The translations under genes were made by a program, and so were the position numbers. A model generated the notes under the pieces. It made no database searches, was not told the origin of the DNA, and saw nothing but the letters and a program-made list of their open reading frames with translations. 64,000 bases of DNA from Gemmatimonadales bacterium (GTDB lineage: Bacteria; Gemmatimonadota; Gemmatimonadetes; Gemmatimonadales; GWC2-71-9), in contig JBFJCP010000001.1 of the NCBI GenBank assembly GCA_041615815.1, positions 64,001-128,000 on the forward strand, in the 5' to 3' direction. Shown piece by piece: positions 19,837 through 31,276 of the stretch (its first letter is position 1; each line of letters starts with the position of its first letter).

Positions 19837-22043
19837 TGAACCCCGCGGATCGCCGCTCGCTGCAGCTCGATCTCGAACCAAGCAAGCTCCCTCGAGCGGT
19901 GGCATATCACGGCGCCCGGTGGGGCCTGTTGCTCGGTTTGGCGCTGCTCACGTACGTGTTGTTCCCCGTCGCCGGCGGGTTTGACGTGCCCCTGCCCGCG
20001 GTGGGAGAGGTGGCCCCGACCGAGGTTATTGCGCCCTTCGACCTCATCGTTCGAAAATCATCCACCGAGCTCGAACGCGAGCGCGCCACGTTGGCCGCCA
20101 CGGTGCCCCCGGTATACGACTACCAGGCCGCGATTCGGGACTCGGTGTTGGCCCGGACCGATGCGCTGTTTGCCGCATTGGATAGTGCCCGGACCCCGGA
20201 TGCGCTGACCGCGGCTGCCCAAGGCTTCGGGATTCGCCTGAACTCGGACGAATCCCAGTATCTGACGGCCCCGAACCGGCTCGCGCGCTTCCGCAGCGCG
20301 GTCCGCACCACGCTCCGGCGCGAGCTGAGCCGAGGCGTGCCGGCGACGGGGACGGTGGAGTCCGAGCAACACACCACGATCGTGGTACGCCGGGGCGATA
20401 GTGAACGGGTCATCGCCCGCGACTCGATCCGAAGCTATCAAGGGTTCCTGGAGAGCGGGGCGCAGCAACACCCCGACCCGAACTCGACGGTGGGGAACGG
20501 GCTCTATGTGAAACTCCTCGCCGGGCTGTTTCAGCCCACCCTCGCGCCGAACGTCGCGCTCACGAATCAGCTTCGGGCCGACCTCCAGGCCAGCGTGGAC
20601 TCGGTGAAGGATCGGGTGCGGGCGAACGAGCGCATCGTGGATGCCAACGAGCTGGTCACGCCTCAGATCCGGGATCGGCTCCTCGCGTTGCGCGGGGAAC
20701 AGTTGCAGCGGGGTGGCGGGGCTGAGCGCAGCTTCCTGGGCATTGTGGCCCAGGTCCTCACCAATGCGCTGATTCTCGCGGCGTTCTGGCTCTTGCTGAT
20801 GCTGTACCGGGCGCACACGTACGCGAATCTGCGGCACATGTCCGTGTTCGCGGTCCTGTTCGCCATCGCGATTGCCGGCGCGTGGTTCAATCGCGGGCTG
20901 ATCTCGGAAGCCCCAGAGCTCATCCCTATTCCATTTGCGGCGATGCTCATCACCGTGCTGTTCAGCGGGCGGGTAGCGATCGTCGCGGCGCTGGTGCTCG
21001 CGATCTTGATTGGGACGCAGGCCGTGTACGAGGGGGCGGACGCACTGTTTGTCGCGTTCGTGGGAGGCGTGTCCGCCGCGCTCGGTGTCCGCGTGATCAG
21101 GCGCCGGACACAGCTCTTGGTCTCCGTGGCTGTGGTGGCGGGCGCCTATCTGTTGGCGGACGTGGTGGTGGGGCTGCGCAGCGGGGTTGCGGTGGCCGAT
21201 ATCGGTCTGAACGTGTTCGCAGGCGGGATGAACGCCCTGGTGTCCGGGGCGCTCGTCCTGATCGGCCTCCCGATCTTCGAGTCGATGGCCAAAGTCACCA
21301 CGGACCTGACGCTGCTGGAGCTCTCGGATCCGAGTCGCCCGTTGCTCCGCCGCTTGGCCACCGAGGCGCCCGGCACGTACGCCCATTCCATCGCCATGGC
21401 GAACCTGTGCGAGGCCGCGTGTAACGCCATTGGGGCCGACGGGCTCCTCGCACGGGTCGGGTGCTACTACCACGATGTGGGAAAGCTCAAGAAGCCGCAG
21501 TTCTTCGTCGAGAATCAGCTCCCGGGCAGTAACCCCCACGATAAGCTGAAGCCGGACGTGTCCGCCGCGATCATCCGCAATCACGTCCGGGAGGGTTTGG
21601 CCCTCGCGGACGACCACAAGCTGCCCAACGCCGTCAAGTCATTCATCCCGGAACATCACGGGACGATGGAGATCAGCTATTTCCTGGACCGGGCACGCGC
21701 CCGCAACTCCGGACCCGAGATCAAGCCCGAGGAGTATCGGTATCCAGGCCCGCGACCCCAATCGGTGGAAACGGCCGTGACGATGCTCGCCGATGGGGTC
21801 GAGGCGGCGGTCCGGGTACTCGACGATCCTACCCCTGAAAAGGTCAGCGAAGCCATCGATCACATCGTTCAGCGACGCATCCAAGCGGGCCAGCTCGACG
21901 ATGCCCCCATCACCCTGTCCCAGCTCAATCGGACCAAACAAGAGTTCGCGCGCGTGTTGGGCGGGGTGTATCACAACCGCATCGACTACCCAAGCTCCGT
22001 CGGTGGGATCTCGGCAGACTGGCAGCCAGCGTCCACCGCATGA
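19836..22043 (+). CDS. 7TM-HD phosphohydrolase (PgpH-like)
   Basis: N-terminal TM, large extracytoplasmic domain, multi-TM region, then EAPGTYAHS...YHDVGK...FFVENQ...EHHGT...YPGP...MLAD; lies between phoH and ybeY. Confidence 0.88.
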   Translation: MNPADRRSLQLDLEPSKLPRAVAYHGARWGLLLGLALLTYVLFPVAGGFDVPLPAVGEVAPTEVIAPFDLIVRKSSTELERERATLAATVPPVYDYQAAIRDSVLARTDALFAALDSARTPDALTAAAQGFGIRLNSDESQYLTAPNRLARFRSAVRTTLRRELSRGVPATGTVESEQHTTIVVRRGDSERVIARDSIRSYQGFLESGAQQHPDPNSTVGNGLYVKLLAGLFQPTLAPNVALTNQLRADLQASVDSVKDRVRANERIVDANELVTPQIRDRLLALRGEQLQRGGGAERSFLGIVAQVLTNALILAAFWLLLMLYRAHTYANLRHMSVFAVLFAIAIAGAWFNRGLISEAPELIPIPFAAMLITVLFSGRVAIVAALVLAILIGTQAVYEGADALFVAFVGGVSAALGVRVIRRRTQLLVSVAVVAGAYLLADVVVGLRSGVAVADIGLNVFAGGMNALVSGALVLIGLPIFESMAKVTTDLTLLELSDPSRPLLRRLATEAPGTYAHSIAMANLCEAACNAIGADGLLARVGCYYHDVGKLKKPQFFVENQLPGSNPHDKLKPDVSAAIIRNHVREGLALADDHKLPNAVKSFIPEHHGTMEISYFLDRARARNSGPEIKPEEYRYPGPRPQSVETAVTMLADGVEAAVRVLDDPTPEKVSEAIDHIVQRRIQAGQLDDAPITLSQLNRTKQEFARVLGGVYHNRIDYPSSVGGISADWQPASTA

Positions 22044-22467
22044 GATCCGGATTGCGGATCCCGATGGGCTGGCACCGGTGGCCCCGGCGAGCGTGCGGCG
22101 CGCCGTGCGCGCCGTGCTGCATGGCGAGGGCGTGGCCGCAGCGGCCATGAGTGTCACGTTTCTCAATGGTCGCAGGATGCGGGGGCTCAATCGGCGCACC
22201 TTCGGCCGGGACTGCGCGACGGATGTCATCGCCCTGCAGCTCGCCCACCCCGGAATGGCGGTCGGTGATATCTACATCTGTCCGTCCGTCGCTCGCCGCC
22301 GGCGCGAGCGTGGCGTCGAGGAGCGAGAAGAGATCATTCGGTTGGTGGTCCACGGAACACTGCATGCCCTGGGGTACGAGCATCCCGAGCGCGGCGATCG
22401 GGCGCGGTCGACCATGTGGCAGCGCCAGGAGCGATACGTTCAGTCGCTCGTTGCTCCACGGCAATGA
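22003..22467 (+). CDS. ybeY: rRNA maturation endoribonuclease YbeY (start approximate)
   Basis: LNRRTFGRDCATDVI, GDIYIC, HGTLHALGYEH zinc motif. Confidence 0.9.
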   Translation: MGSRQTGSQRPPHEIRIADPDGLAPVAPASVRRAVRAVLHGEGVAAAAMSVTFLNGRRMRGLNRRTFGRDCATDVIALQLAHPGMAVGDIYICPSVARRRRERGVEEREEIIRLVVHGTLHALGYEHPERGDRARSTMWQRQERYVQSLVAPRQ

Positions 22468-23657
22468 GTGAGAGCGGTGTGACCGTCTTGTTGCTTGGCG
22501 TGGGGGCTGCCAGCGCGGTGTGGGTGGCCCTCTTGGTCCTGGCGGAGGAGGCACCCACCAGTCGGAGCCTTCATGGCCGGGGCCACACCGGCCCGTTCCG
22601 CACCGCGCCGATCGCCCGCTTGACCCTCCTCTTGATTGGCGGACTGTGCGCCGCCGCGGCGGTCGAGTGGTGGCAGCGCCCCCCCATGGAGGCCGCGGTC
22701 AGCGTCCTCTTGGCCACGGGATCGCTGTTCCTGCTGGCCGAGGGAATCCCGCGGGCGTTGGGTATTCTGATGCCCGGTCTGGCCGCAACGATCGTTCGCG
22801 TCGTCGAGCACACCCTCCCACCCTTCACCCTGCTGGCCGCTTTGCTGAAGCGCGTCGAACGACGCATGGGGCGTCTGCTGCCGCCGGCGCCGCGGGAGCG
22901 CAGTGCGTTCGGCCTGGGGCAGCGGGACATGCTGCTGGGCCTGCTGTCGCTGCGTGACCGGACGGTCGATGAGGCGATGACGCCCAGACTCGACATCGTA
23001 GCCCTCGACACCAAGGCGAGTGCACGGGAAGTCGTCGACCTGCTCCGGCGTACGGAACACGCTCGCATCCCGATCTACGGCGAGGATCTCGACAACATCA
23101 TCGGCGTGCTTTACGCCAAAGACCTGACGCCGGCCGCAGCCGGGATCGCCGACCCTCCGGCCAACTGGCACGAGCTCGTGCGCCCGCCGCAGTTCGTACC
23201 GGAGTCGAAGTCGCTGGCGGCACAGCTGCGAGAGTTCCAGCAGGGCCCGTCCCATCTGGCGATCGTGGTGGACGAGTTCGGCGGTACCTCGGGCCTCGTG
23301 ACGCTCGAGGACATCTTGGAAGAAGTCGTGGGAGAGATCTACGACGAGTCCGATGTGGATGAAGAGCCCGCCATCGAGCAAGAGGGCACGGATCGGTTCT
23401 GGGTGGATGGACGCCTCACCCTGGACGACCTGGAAGCGCGACTCGGCGCTGCGTTCGGAGATGAGGACATCGCAACGGTAGGGGGTCTGGTATACGCCGA
23501 GCTGGGACGCGTGCCGCAGCCGGGTGAGGAGCTCAGAATCGGTGAGTTTCGCGTCGTGGTGGAGCAGGTGGTGCGACGACGTGTGCGCCGGGTCTACTTC
23601 GAGCGGTTGGGGGCCGATGTGCACGTCGAAGCCGCGTCTGAGGACGAGGGTCGATGA
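22464..23657 (+). CDS. HlyC/CorC (CNNM)-family CBS-domain membrane protein
   Basis: TM N-terminus, MTPRLDI, HARIPIY, VVDEFGGTSGLVTLEDILEEVVGEI, CorC C-terminal domain. Confidence 0.88.
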   Translation: MSESGVTVLLLGVGAASAVWVALLVLAEEAPTSRSLHGRGHTGPFRTAPIARLTLLLIGGLCAAAAVEWWQRPPMEAAVSVLLATGSLFLLAEGIPRALGILMPGLAATIVRVVEHTLPPFTLLAALLKRVERRMGRLLPPAPRERSAFGLGQRDMLLGLLSLRDRTVDEAMTPRLDIVALDTKASAREVVDLLRRTEHARIPIYGEDLDNIIGVLYAKDLTPAAAGIADPPANWHELVRPPQFVPESKSLAAQLREFQQGPSHLAIVVDEFGGTSGLVTLEDILEEVVGEIYDESDVDEEPAIEQEGTDRFWVDGRLTLDDLEARLGAAFGDEDIATVGGLVYAELGRVPQPGEELRIGEFRVVVEQVVRRRVRRVYFERLGADVHVEAASEDEGR

Positions 23658-24841
23658 TGGTGTGGGCGTTGATCGTCGTGGGAAGCTTCATCGCCGCCCT
23701 CGGCATGACCCTCGCCGTGGGGGCCGGGACGGTGAGCCGGGTCGAGCTGTACCGCTGGATCTCCACTCGGCTTCCACAAGCCGGCGCGGCCGGTGCCCTG
23801 CTCACTGTGCCGGCGCGTCTCGTCGGATCCGCCAATGGGATAGCCGCGGTGGGAACGATCCTCGCGGCTTTCGGCGTCATGGCCCTGGTGGCCCCCCTCC
23901 CCGTCTGGATCGGCACGGTCACCATTCTCGTGATCGTGGTTCCGCTCATGGGGTCGCTCACGTATGCGATCCCGCGTGCCGTGGGTCAACGCTGGGCAGA
24001 GGAGATCGTAAAGGCCGCGGTCCCGTGGCTCAACCGTCTCTCCACCATCGTGGCGCCGTTCACCCCCGGGGGTCGGGATGGACGGCCGCGCGCGGCGTTG
24101 GCTGCCGTACTCGAGTCGGACGAGGAGGCGCTCGGGACGCACGAGCTCGTGCCCGTACTCTTAGGAGTGTTGAGCTTTACGGAACGTCCGGTGCGCGAGA
24201 TCATGACCCCGCGCACCGAGATCGTGGCCGTTCGCGAGGGCGCGGCGTTGGAGGAGGTCGGACAAATCTTCGCCGAGTCCGGATACTCGCGCATTCCGGT
24301 CTACCGCGAGACCCTCGACAACATCGTGGGGATGATCTACGCCCTCGATCTCCTCAGGGTCCTGCCCGCCGAGGAGCTTCCGGTGCGGCCCGTCACGGTG
24401 GCGCCGGCGTCCAAGCGGTGTGCAGATCTGCTGTTCGAGATGCAACGCGATCGCCGACACCTCGCCGTGGTCCTCGACGAGTTCGGCGGCACGGCCGGCA
24501 TCGCGACGTTTCAGGACCTCTTGGAGGAGCTCGTGGCTGAGGTGTTTGCCGATACCGATGCCCGCGCTGGCGCCGCCTCCGCCGCCGTGGAGATCGTGGA
24601 GGTCACCGGGACCACGCCCTGCGACGAGCTGTCTGCCCAGTTTGGGGTCGCCCTGCCGGCCGATGCCGAAACGGTGGGCGGGCTCTTAGCGCGGGCCGCC
24701 GGCCGTATTCCCCAGACCGGCGAGCGTTACGTGGTGGCCGGTCTGGAATTCGACGTCTTACAGGCCACGCCCACGCGGGTGGAGCGTATTGTGGTCCGGC
24801 GCAGCCCGGTCCCCTTGGCCTATTTGGGAGGCGCTCCGTGA
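23654..24841 (+). CDS. Second HlyC/CorC (CNNM)-family CBS-domain membrane protein
   Basis: IMTPRTEI, GYSRIPVY, VLDEFGGTAGIATFQDLLEEL. Confidence 0.88.
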   Translation: MMVWALIVVGSFIAALGMTLAVGAGTVSRVELYRWISTRLPQAGAAGALLTVPARLVGSANGIAAVGTILAAFGVMALVAPLPVWIGTVTILVIVVPLMGSLTYAIPRAVGQRWAEEIVKAAVPWLNRLSTIVAPFTPGGRDGRPRAALAAVLESDEEALGTHELVPVLLGVLSFTERPVREIMTPRTEIVAVREGAALEEVGQIFAESGYSRIPVYRETLDNIVGMIYALDLLRVLPAEELPVRPVTVAPASKRCADLLFEMQRDRRHLAVVLDEFGGTAGIATFQDLLEELVAEVFADTDARAGAASAAVEIVEVTGTTPCDELSAQFGVALPADAETVGGLLARAAGRIPQTGERYVVAGLEFDVLQATPTRVERIVVRRSPVPLAYLGGAP

Positions 24842-25491
24842 GCACCGTTGGCCGCCGGTTTCGCCGGTATTTCTTCGTGGGCTTGGTCGTGATCGCGCCC
24901 GTCGGGCTCACAATCTTCGTCCTCCGGTGGATCTTCGAGACGCTCGACGCCATCCTCGGCAATCCACTTCGGGCTGCCCTTGGCGTGCGCATCCCCGGGC
25001 TTGGCTTCGTCCTCCTCACCGTTTTCGTCGTGATCGTGGGGTGGATCGTGCACCGGGCCGCCGGCCGTCAACTGCTCCACTGGTGGAACGAGGCGCTCGT
25101 CCGTTTCCCGCTCACCGGTCGCATATACAACGCCGTCAGCCAGATCATCCAGTCGATGGTGGGGGAGCAGCGGAAGCTCTTTCGCCGCACGGTGCTGATT
25201 CCGTATCCCACCGAGGGACTCTGGGCGATCGCGTTCGTGACCAACGAAGACGCCCCCATGATGTCGCGCATCGTGGGTGAACCCTGCCTCAACGTGTTCG
25301 TCCCATCCACGCCGAACCCGACCACCGGGTTCATGCTCGTCGTGCCGCGCACGCGCGTCCGCGACACAGCCATCACGGTGGAGGATGCGATGAAGCTCAT
25401 TCTCTCAGGTGGAGCCGTGAGTCCGAGCGAAACCCCTTCGGTGCGCCAGCGCCGGGGTCTCGACCTCGATTCCCTCTTGCGAGACAACTGA
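24838..25491 (+). CDS. DUF502 membrane protein
   Basis: Two TM helices, RFPLTGRIY, VFVPSTPNPTTGF, AMKLILSGG. Confidence 0.88.
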   Translation: MSTVGRRFRRYFFVGLVVIAPVGLTIFVLRWIFETLDAILGNPLRAALGVRIPGLGFVLLTVFVVIVGWIVHRAAGRQLLHWWNEALVRFPLTGRIYNAVSQIIQSMVGEQRKLFRRTVLIPYPTEGLWAIAFVTNEDAPMMSRIVGEPCLNVFVPSTPNPTTGFMLVVPRTRVRDTAITVEDAMKLILSGGAVSPSETPSVRQRRGLDLDSLLRDN

Positions 25492-26840
25492 TGGTGGACC
25501 CGGTGACACCGGATTACGCGGAACTCCGGCATCTCGCCGAAGCCGGTGAGATCGGGCAGTTCCTCGCGGCGGCAAGAGGGCTTCACGCGTCGGACCTGTC
25601 CGACGTGCTCGCGAGGCTCGAGCCCGACGTCCGACTCCGCATCGTTCGGGAGCTCCCCCCGGAGCTGGTCTCGGACGCGCTGGCCGAGATGGAGGAGGAA
25701 GAGCATCCGGAAGAAGTGCTGGCGGCACTGCTTCCCGACCAAGCGGCCCACATCGTGGAGGAGTTGGAGGTCGACGACGCCGTCGACCTGATCGGGGATC
25801 TGCCACCGGAGAGCGTCGCGCCGATCCTGAGCCGGGTGGCCGATCGAGCCGAGATCGAGCGACTGCTCGGTTACGACGAGGACACGGCGGGCGGCCGGAT
25901 GAACGCAGCGGTCCTCGCGGTGGAGGAGTCGGCGACGGCGCAGGAGGCCATTGACGAGATCCGGCGCCAGGCCGAGGAGATCGGCGAGTTCTACCAAGTG
26001 TACTGCGTCGACGATCGCTTTCGGCTCGTCGGAGTCCTCCCGCTGCAACGAGTGGTCATTGCGCCACCATCCACACGCGTCAAGGCACTGATGGAGGCAC
26101 CGGTGGCCGTCGCCACACCGGACCAAGACCAGGAAGAGGTCGCACGCCTCATGGGCCGATACAACGTGCCGGCCCTCCCGGTGGTGAGCGCCGACGGGAA
26201 ACTGATTGGGCGCGTCACCTTCGACGATGTGATGGACGTCGTGGAAGCCGAGACGACCGAAGACATCTTGAAGTTCGGTGGCGTGCCGGGCGACGAGCAG
26301 TTGGGTGGCGACTGGCGTCAGGCTGTCCGCAGTCGGCTGCCATGGCTCTCGCTCAACATGTTCACCGCATTCCTCGGTGCCGTGGTGGTGTATTTCTTTC
26401 AGCATGCCATTGAAGGGGTGCTCGCGCTCGCCATGCTGATGCCGGTGATCGCCGGCCTGGGTGGAAACGCCGGTACGCAGGCGCTCGCCGTGACGGTGCG
26501 CCGAATTGCCGTGGGCGGAATCGCGCCGGGACAGGGATGGCGTCTCGTCGGAAAGGAACTCGTGGTCGGCTTGGTGAACGGGTTTGCCGTGGGCGTGATG
26601 GTGGCCGCCGTGACCGGCTTGGTGGGGCTCGGGTGGGAGTTGGGACTCGTGGTGTTGCTGGCAATGTGGGGGAATCTGATTCTGGCAACCTTCTTTGGCG
26701 CCACCGTTCCCCTCATCCTCGAGCGTCTGGGCGCAGACCCGGCGGTCGCAAGCTCGACCTTCGTGACGGCGTTCACGGACGTCTTTGGATTCCTGCTGCT
26801 GCTCGGACTCGCCGCGGCGGTGCTATTACCGGTCGGGTAG
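25491..26840 (+). CDS. mgtE: Magnesium transporter MgtE
   Basis: MgtE N-domain, YDEDTAGG, CBS pair, RLPWL, GGNAGTQ, DPAVASSTFVTAFTDVFG. Confidence 0.95.
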   Translation: MVDPVTPDYAELRHLAEAGEIGQFLAAARGLHASDLSDVLARLEPDVRLRIVRELPPELVSDALAEMEEEEHPEEVLAALLPDQAAHIVEELEVDDAVDLIGDLPPESVAPILSRVADRAEIERLLGYDEDTAGGRMNAAVLAVEESATAQEAIDEIRRQAEEIGEFYQVYCVDDRFRLVGVLPLQRVVIAPPSTRVKALMEAPVAVATPDQDQEEVARLMGRYNVPALPVVSADGKLIGRVTFDDVMDVVEAETTEDILKFGGVPGDEQLGGDWRQAVRSRLPWLSLNMFTAFLGAVVVYFFQHAIEGVLALAMLMPVIAGLGGNAGTQALAVTVRRIAVGGIAPGQGWRLVGKELVVGLVNGFAVGVMVAAVTGLVGLGWELGLVVLLAMWGNLILATFFGATVPLILERLGADPAVASSTFVTAFTDVFGFLLLLGLAAAVLLPVG

Positions 26841-26869
26841 GGGACCGTCGGGTTGCCAGAAGGCTAGGT

Positions 26870-27908
<1,039 letters not shown>

Positions 27909-27919
<11 letters not shown>

Positions 27920-29552
27920 CAGTGGGCGAGAGCGATGGACCAAGCGCTACGACGAAGGACGCAAGCGCGATATCGATTTCGTGACCCAGAGCTCCGCCCC
28001 GGTCGATCCCCTCTACACCCCACGGGCCGTGGAGGGATTCGACTATGACCGCGACCTCGGATACCCTGGGGAGTTTCCCTTCACGCGCGGTATCCATCCC
28101 ACCATGTATCGTGGCCGGTTATGGACCATGCGTCAGTTCGCCGGCTTCGGAACTGCCGAGGACACGAACGAGCGATACAAGTACCTGCTAGAGCATGGTC
28201 AAACGGGTCTGTCCGTCGCCTTCGACTTTCCCACGCTCATGGGCTATGACTCCGACCATGCTCGGGCCGAAGGCGAAGTAGGGAAATGCGGTGTTGCGAT
28301 CTCGTCCCTCGCGGACATGGAAACGCTCTTTGATGGGATTCCGCTCGATCAGGTGTCGACGTCGATGACGATCAACGGACCGGCGGCGTTGCTGTTCTGT
28401 TTTTACGTCGCGGCGGCCGAGCGACAGGGAGTCGACCTCGCGCAACTCCGGGGTACCGTCCAGAATGACATTCTGAAAGAGTACATGGCGCAGCACGCCT
28501 GGATCTTTCCCGCGGAGCCGGCGCTGAAGATCATCGTGGATATGTTCGAGTGGGCAACCGAGCATACGCCCATGTGGAATACGATTTCCATCAGCGGCTA
28601 TCATATCCGCGAGGCAGGAGCCACAGCAGTTCAAGAGCTGGCGTTCACGCTGGCCAATGGGTTCGAGTACGTCGAGCGGGGGATTGCTCGTGGCCTAGCT
28701 GTGGACGCGTTCACACCTCGGCTCTCGTTCTTTTGGGATGTGCACAACGATTTCTTCGAGGAGATCGCGAAAATGCGGGCGGCGCGGCGCATCTGGGCGC
28801 GTCACCTCCGCGACCGATACGGTGCGCAGTCCGAACGCGCGTGGACCATGCGGTTTCACTGCCAAACGGCCGGCGTGTCGCTGACCGCCCAACAACCGAT
28901 GAACAACGTGGTACGGGTGGCGTACCAGGCGATGGCGGCGGCGCTGGGTGGGGCACAGTCGCTGCACACCAACTCCCTGGATGAGACCTATGCCCTGCCG
29001 ACGGAAGAAAGTGTCACGCTGGCGCTGCGAACACAGCAGATCCTCGCCTACGAAACCGGCGTCGCCAATGTGATCGACCCGCTGGGCGGGTCGTATTTCC
29101 TCGAGGCCCTGACGGATCGGATGGAACGCGAGGCCGAGTCGCTCTTTGCGGAAATCGCAGCCCAAGGTGGTGTGGTGCCAGGCATCGAATCCGGCTGGTT
29201 CCAACGCCAGATTCATCAAAGCGCCATGCGGTTTCAGCGAGAGGTGGAAGACAGACGGAGGCTCGTGGTGGGCGTCAACGCGTTCCGCGATGGCTCGGGG
29301 AGCGATCTGGAGATCCTCAAGGTGAGTGACGAGCCGGCGCGGGTGCAGCGTCGTCGCCTGCAAGCGCTCCGAGCACAGCGGGATAACGCCCAAGTCGAGC
29401 GCGCGCTCACGGCCCTTCGCACGGCCGCCGAGCGCGATGACAACGTAATTCCAGCCATGTTGGACTGTGCGCGTGCCTATTGCACGCTGTTCGAGATCCG
29501 GCATGCGCTAGAGGAGGTGTATGGTGCCTACCGCGAGCCGGTCATCTTCTGA
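27909..29552 (+). CDS. Acyl-CoA mutase large (substrate-binding) subunit, isobutyryl-CoA mutase-type residues
   Basis: [53 protein letters not shown]; no fused B12 domain. Confidence 0.92.
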
Positions 29553-30786
29553 GCGCGACGTCATCGAGCGGGGAGCGAACCGTTCCTCGGATACATCGGG
29601 AGCGGGTGTACGCGAGCTGCGGCCGTTGGTGGAGTGGCTCACCGCCCTGGGCGCCCAGGAACAGGAGTGGGTCGTCTCCTGCTACCTGAAGCTGGAGCCG
29701 CGGGACCGCAGCCGAGGCAAATACCTGATCAAGCTGAAGAATCGAGTCAAGGAGCGGCTGGACTGGTTGGAGCGTCGTGGCGTCAGCCGAGACACTCGGG
29801 AAGCCGTGGGACGCGATTTGGCACGGGTACGGGGGTATTTGGAGCATCCCACGAACCTGCCACCGGGCCGCGGAATCGCGATATTCGCGTCCGAAGCCTT
29901 AAACCTCTTCGAGACCATTCCTCTTCCGCGAGTGTTCCGATCCCGCCTGTCGGTGGACCGCTCGCCTCTGGTGCGTGAGCTGGCGGCCCTGGACGACGAG
30001 TTCGGCCTGGTGCTGTGCGCGCTGTACGATCGGACGACGGCGCGATTCTTCCAGGTAACCGCCTCCGACGTGGAAGAGCTCACAGGCATGCCGGCGGGCG
30101 ACGCCACACGGGGCGGCAAGTTCCGTCGCGGCCGTTCGGTCCCTGGTCGCGGCACCGGCTTAGCCGGCGCAGGCGAGCACAACTACCACCAACGCATTCA
30201 GGAAGAGAAACAGCGCCATTATGCCCAGATCGCACAACGGCTGTTCGAGCTGGCGCGGGGGGATGCGGTCCGCGGCATCGTCCTGGCGGGGACGGGCGCC
30301 GAAGCCGATGCGGTCCGCTCCCATCTGCATCCTTACGTCGAGAAGCGTTTGATGAGCGCCGTACGCTTGAACCCCAAGTCCGCGACTCCGCAAGAGGTGA
30401 TGGAGGCGGTCCTGGAAGCGCGACGGGAGCAAGAGCGCCAGTGGGAGGTGCAGGCGATTGAGACGATGGCGGAAGGCCTCGGGACGGGGTGGGCCGTGAA
30501 CGGCGCGGAACCGACGCTCACCGCTCTGGCGCGCGGCCAGGTGCGTACGCTGCTCGTGGACCCGATGGCGGAGCTCGGCGGCTACCGGTGTCATGATTCC
30601 GGACGCCTGACGACCGTACAAGACCACTGTGAGGGCGAGGGTGTTCCGGAACCGATGCCCGACATCATCGACGAAGCCATCGAGGACGCGCTACGCCAAG
30701 GCAGCCATGTCGAGGTGCTGGAAGACCAATCCGCCAGGAACCAGGTGGACGCACTCGCGGCGCTTCTGCGCTTCAAACACCGGTGA
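29521..30786 (+). CDS. Bacterial archaeo-eukaryotic release factor (aeRF1/pelota-like) family protein
   Basis: VVSCYL, GIAIFA, ARFFQV middle domain, L7Ae-like C-domain ([22 protein letters not shown]...ALAALLRF). Start uncertain. Confidence 0.75.
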   Translation: MVPTASRSSSERDVIERGANRSSDTSGAGVRELRPLVEWLTALGAQEQEWVVSCYLKLEPRDRSRGKYLIKLKNRVKERLDWLERRGVSRDTREAVGRDLARVRGYLEHPTNLPPGRGIAIFASEALNLFETIPLPRVFRSRLSVDRSPLVRELAALDDEFGLVLCALYDRTTARFFQVTASDVEELTGMPAGDATRGGKFRRGRSVPGRGTGLAGAGEHNYHQRIQEEKQRHYAQIAQRLFELARGDAVRGIVLAGTGAEADAVRSHLHPYVEKRLMSAVRLNPKSATPQEVMEAVLEARREQERQWEVQAIETMAEGLGTGWAVNGAEPTLTALARGQVRTLLVDPMAELGGYRCHDSGRLTTVQDHCEGEGVPEPMPDIIDEAIEDALRQGSHVEVLEDQSARNQVDALAALLRFKHR

Positions 30787-30794
30787 CGATCTGC

Positions 30795-30823
30795 TTGTCA
30801 CCTCCAATCGCCATTACTAGGTT
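30795..30823 (+). promoter_or_regulatory. sigma70-type promoter for mutase small subunit (very short leader)
   Basis: TTGTCA-N17-TAGGTT ending 9 nt before ATG 30833. Confidence 0.55.
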
Positions 30824-30832
30824 GCGCGCACA

Positions 30833-31276
30833 ATGAGCGGCCAGGCAACTTCTCGGACGCCCTCGGACAGCCAGGCGCGACCCATTCGGATCTTGGTGGG
30901 AAAGCCTGGGCTCGACGGCCATGACCGTGGTGCGAAAGTCGTGGCGGCAGCCCTGCGGGATGCCGGCATGGAAGTCATCTACACTGGGCTTCACCAAACA
31001 CCGGAGATGATCGCGACGGCCGCGGTGCAGGAAGACGTGGACGTGGTGGGGTTGTCCATTCTCTCCGGTGCGCACATGACGCTCTTCCCACGAGTCCGGG
31101 CCCTGCTGGCCGACGCCGGACGCGACGACGTCCTGCTCATTGGCGGCGGGATCATCCCGCATGAGGATATCGAGCGGCTCGAGCGGGAAGGTGTGGCGAA
31201 ACTCTTCACGCCGGGGACGACCACCAGCGACATCATCGATTTCATTCACACGTGGGCGGCGAGTCGCGCCGAGTGA
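30833..31276 (+). CDS. Acyl-CoA mutase small, cobalamin-binding subunit
   Basis: [12 protein letters not shown] (DxHxxG), [15 protein letters not shown]. Confidence 0.94.
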   Translation: MSGQATSRTPSDSQARPIRILVGKPGLDGHDRGAKVVAAALRDAGMEVIYTGLHQTPEMIATAAVQEDVDVVGLSILSGAHMTLFPRVRALLADAGRDDVLLIGGGIIPHEDIERLEREGVAKLFTPGTTTSDIIDFIHTWAASRAE

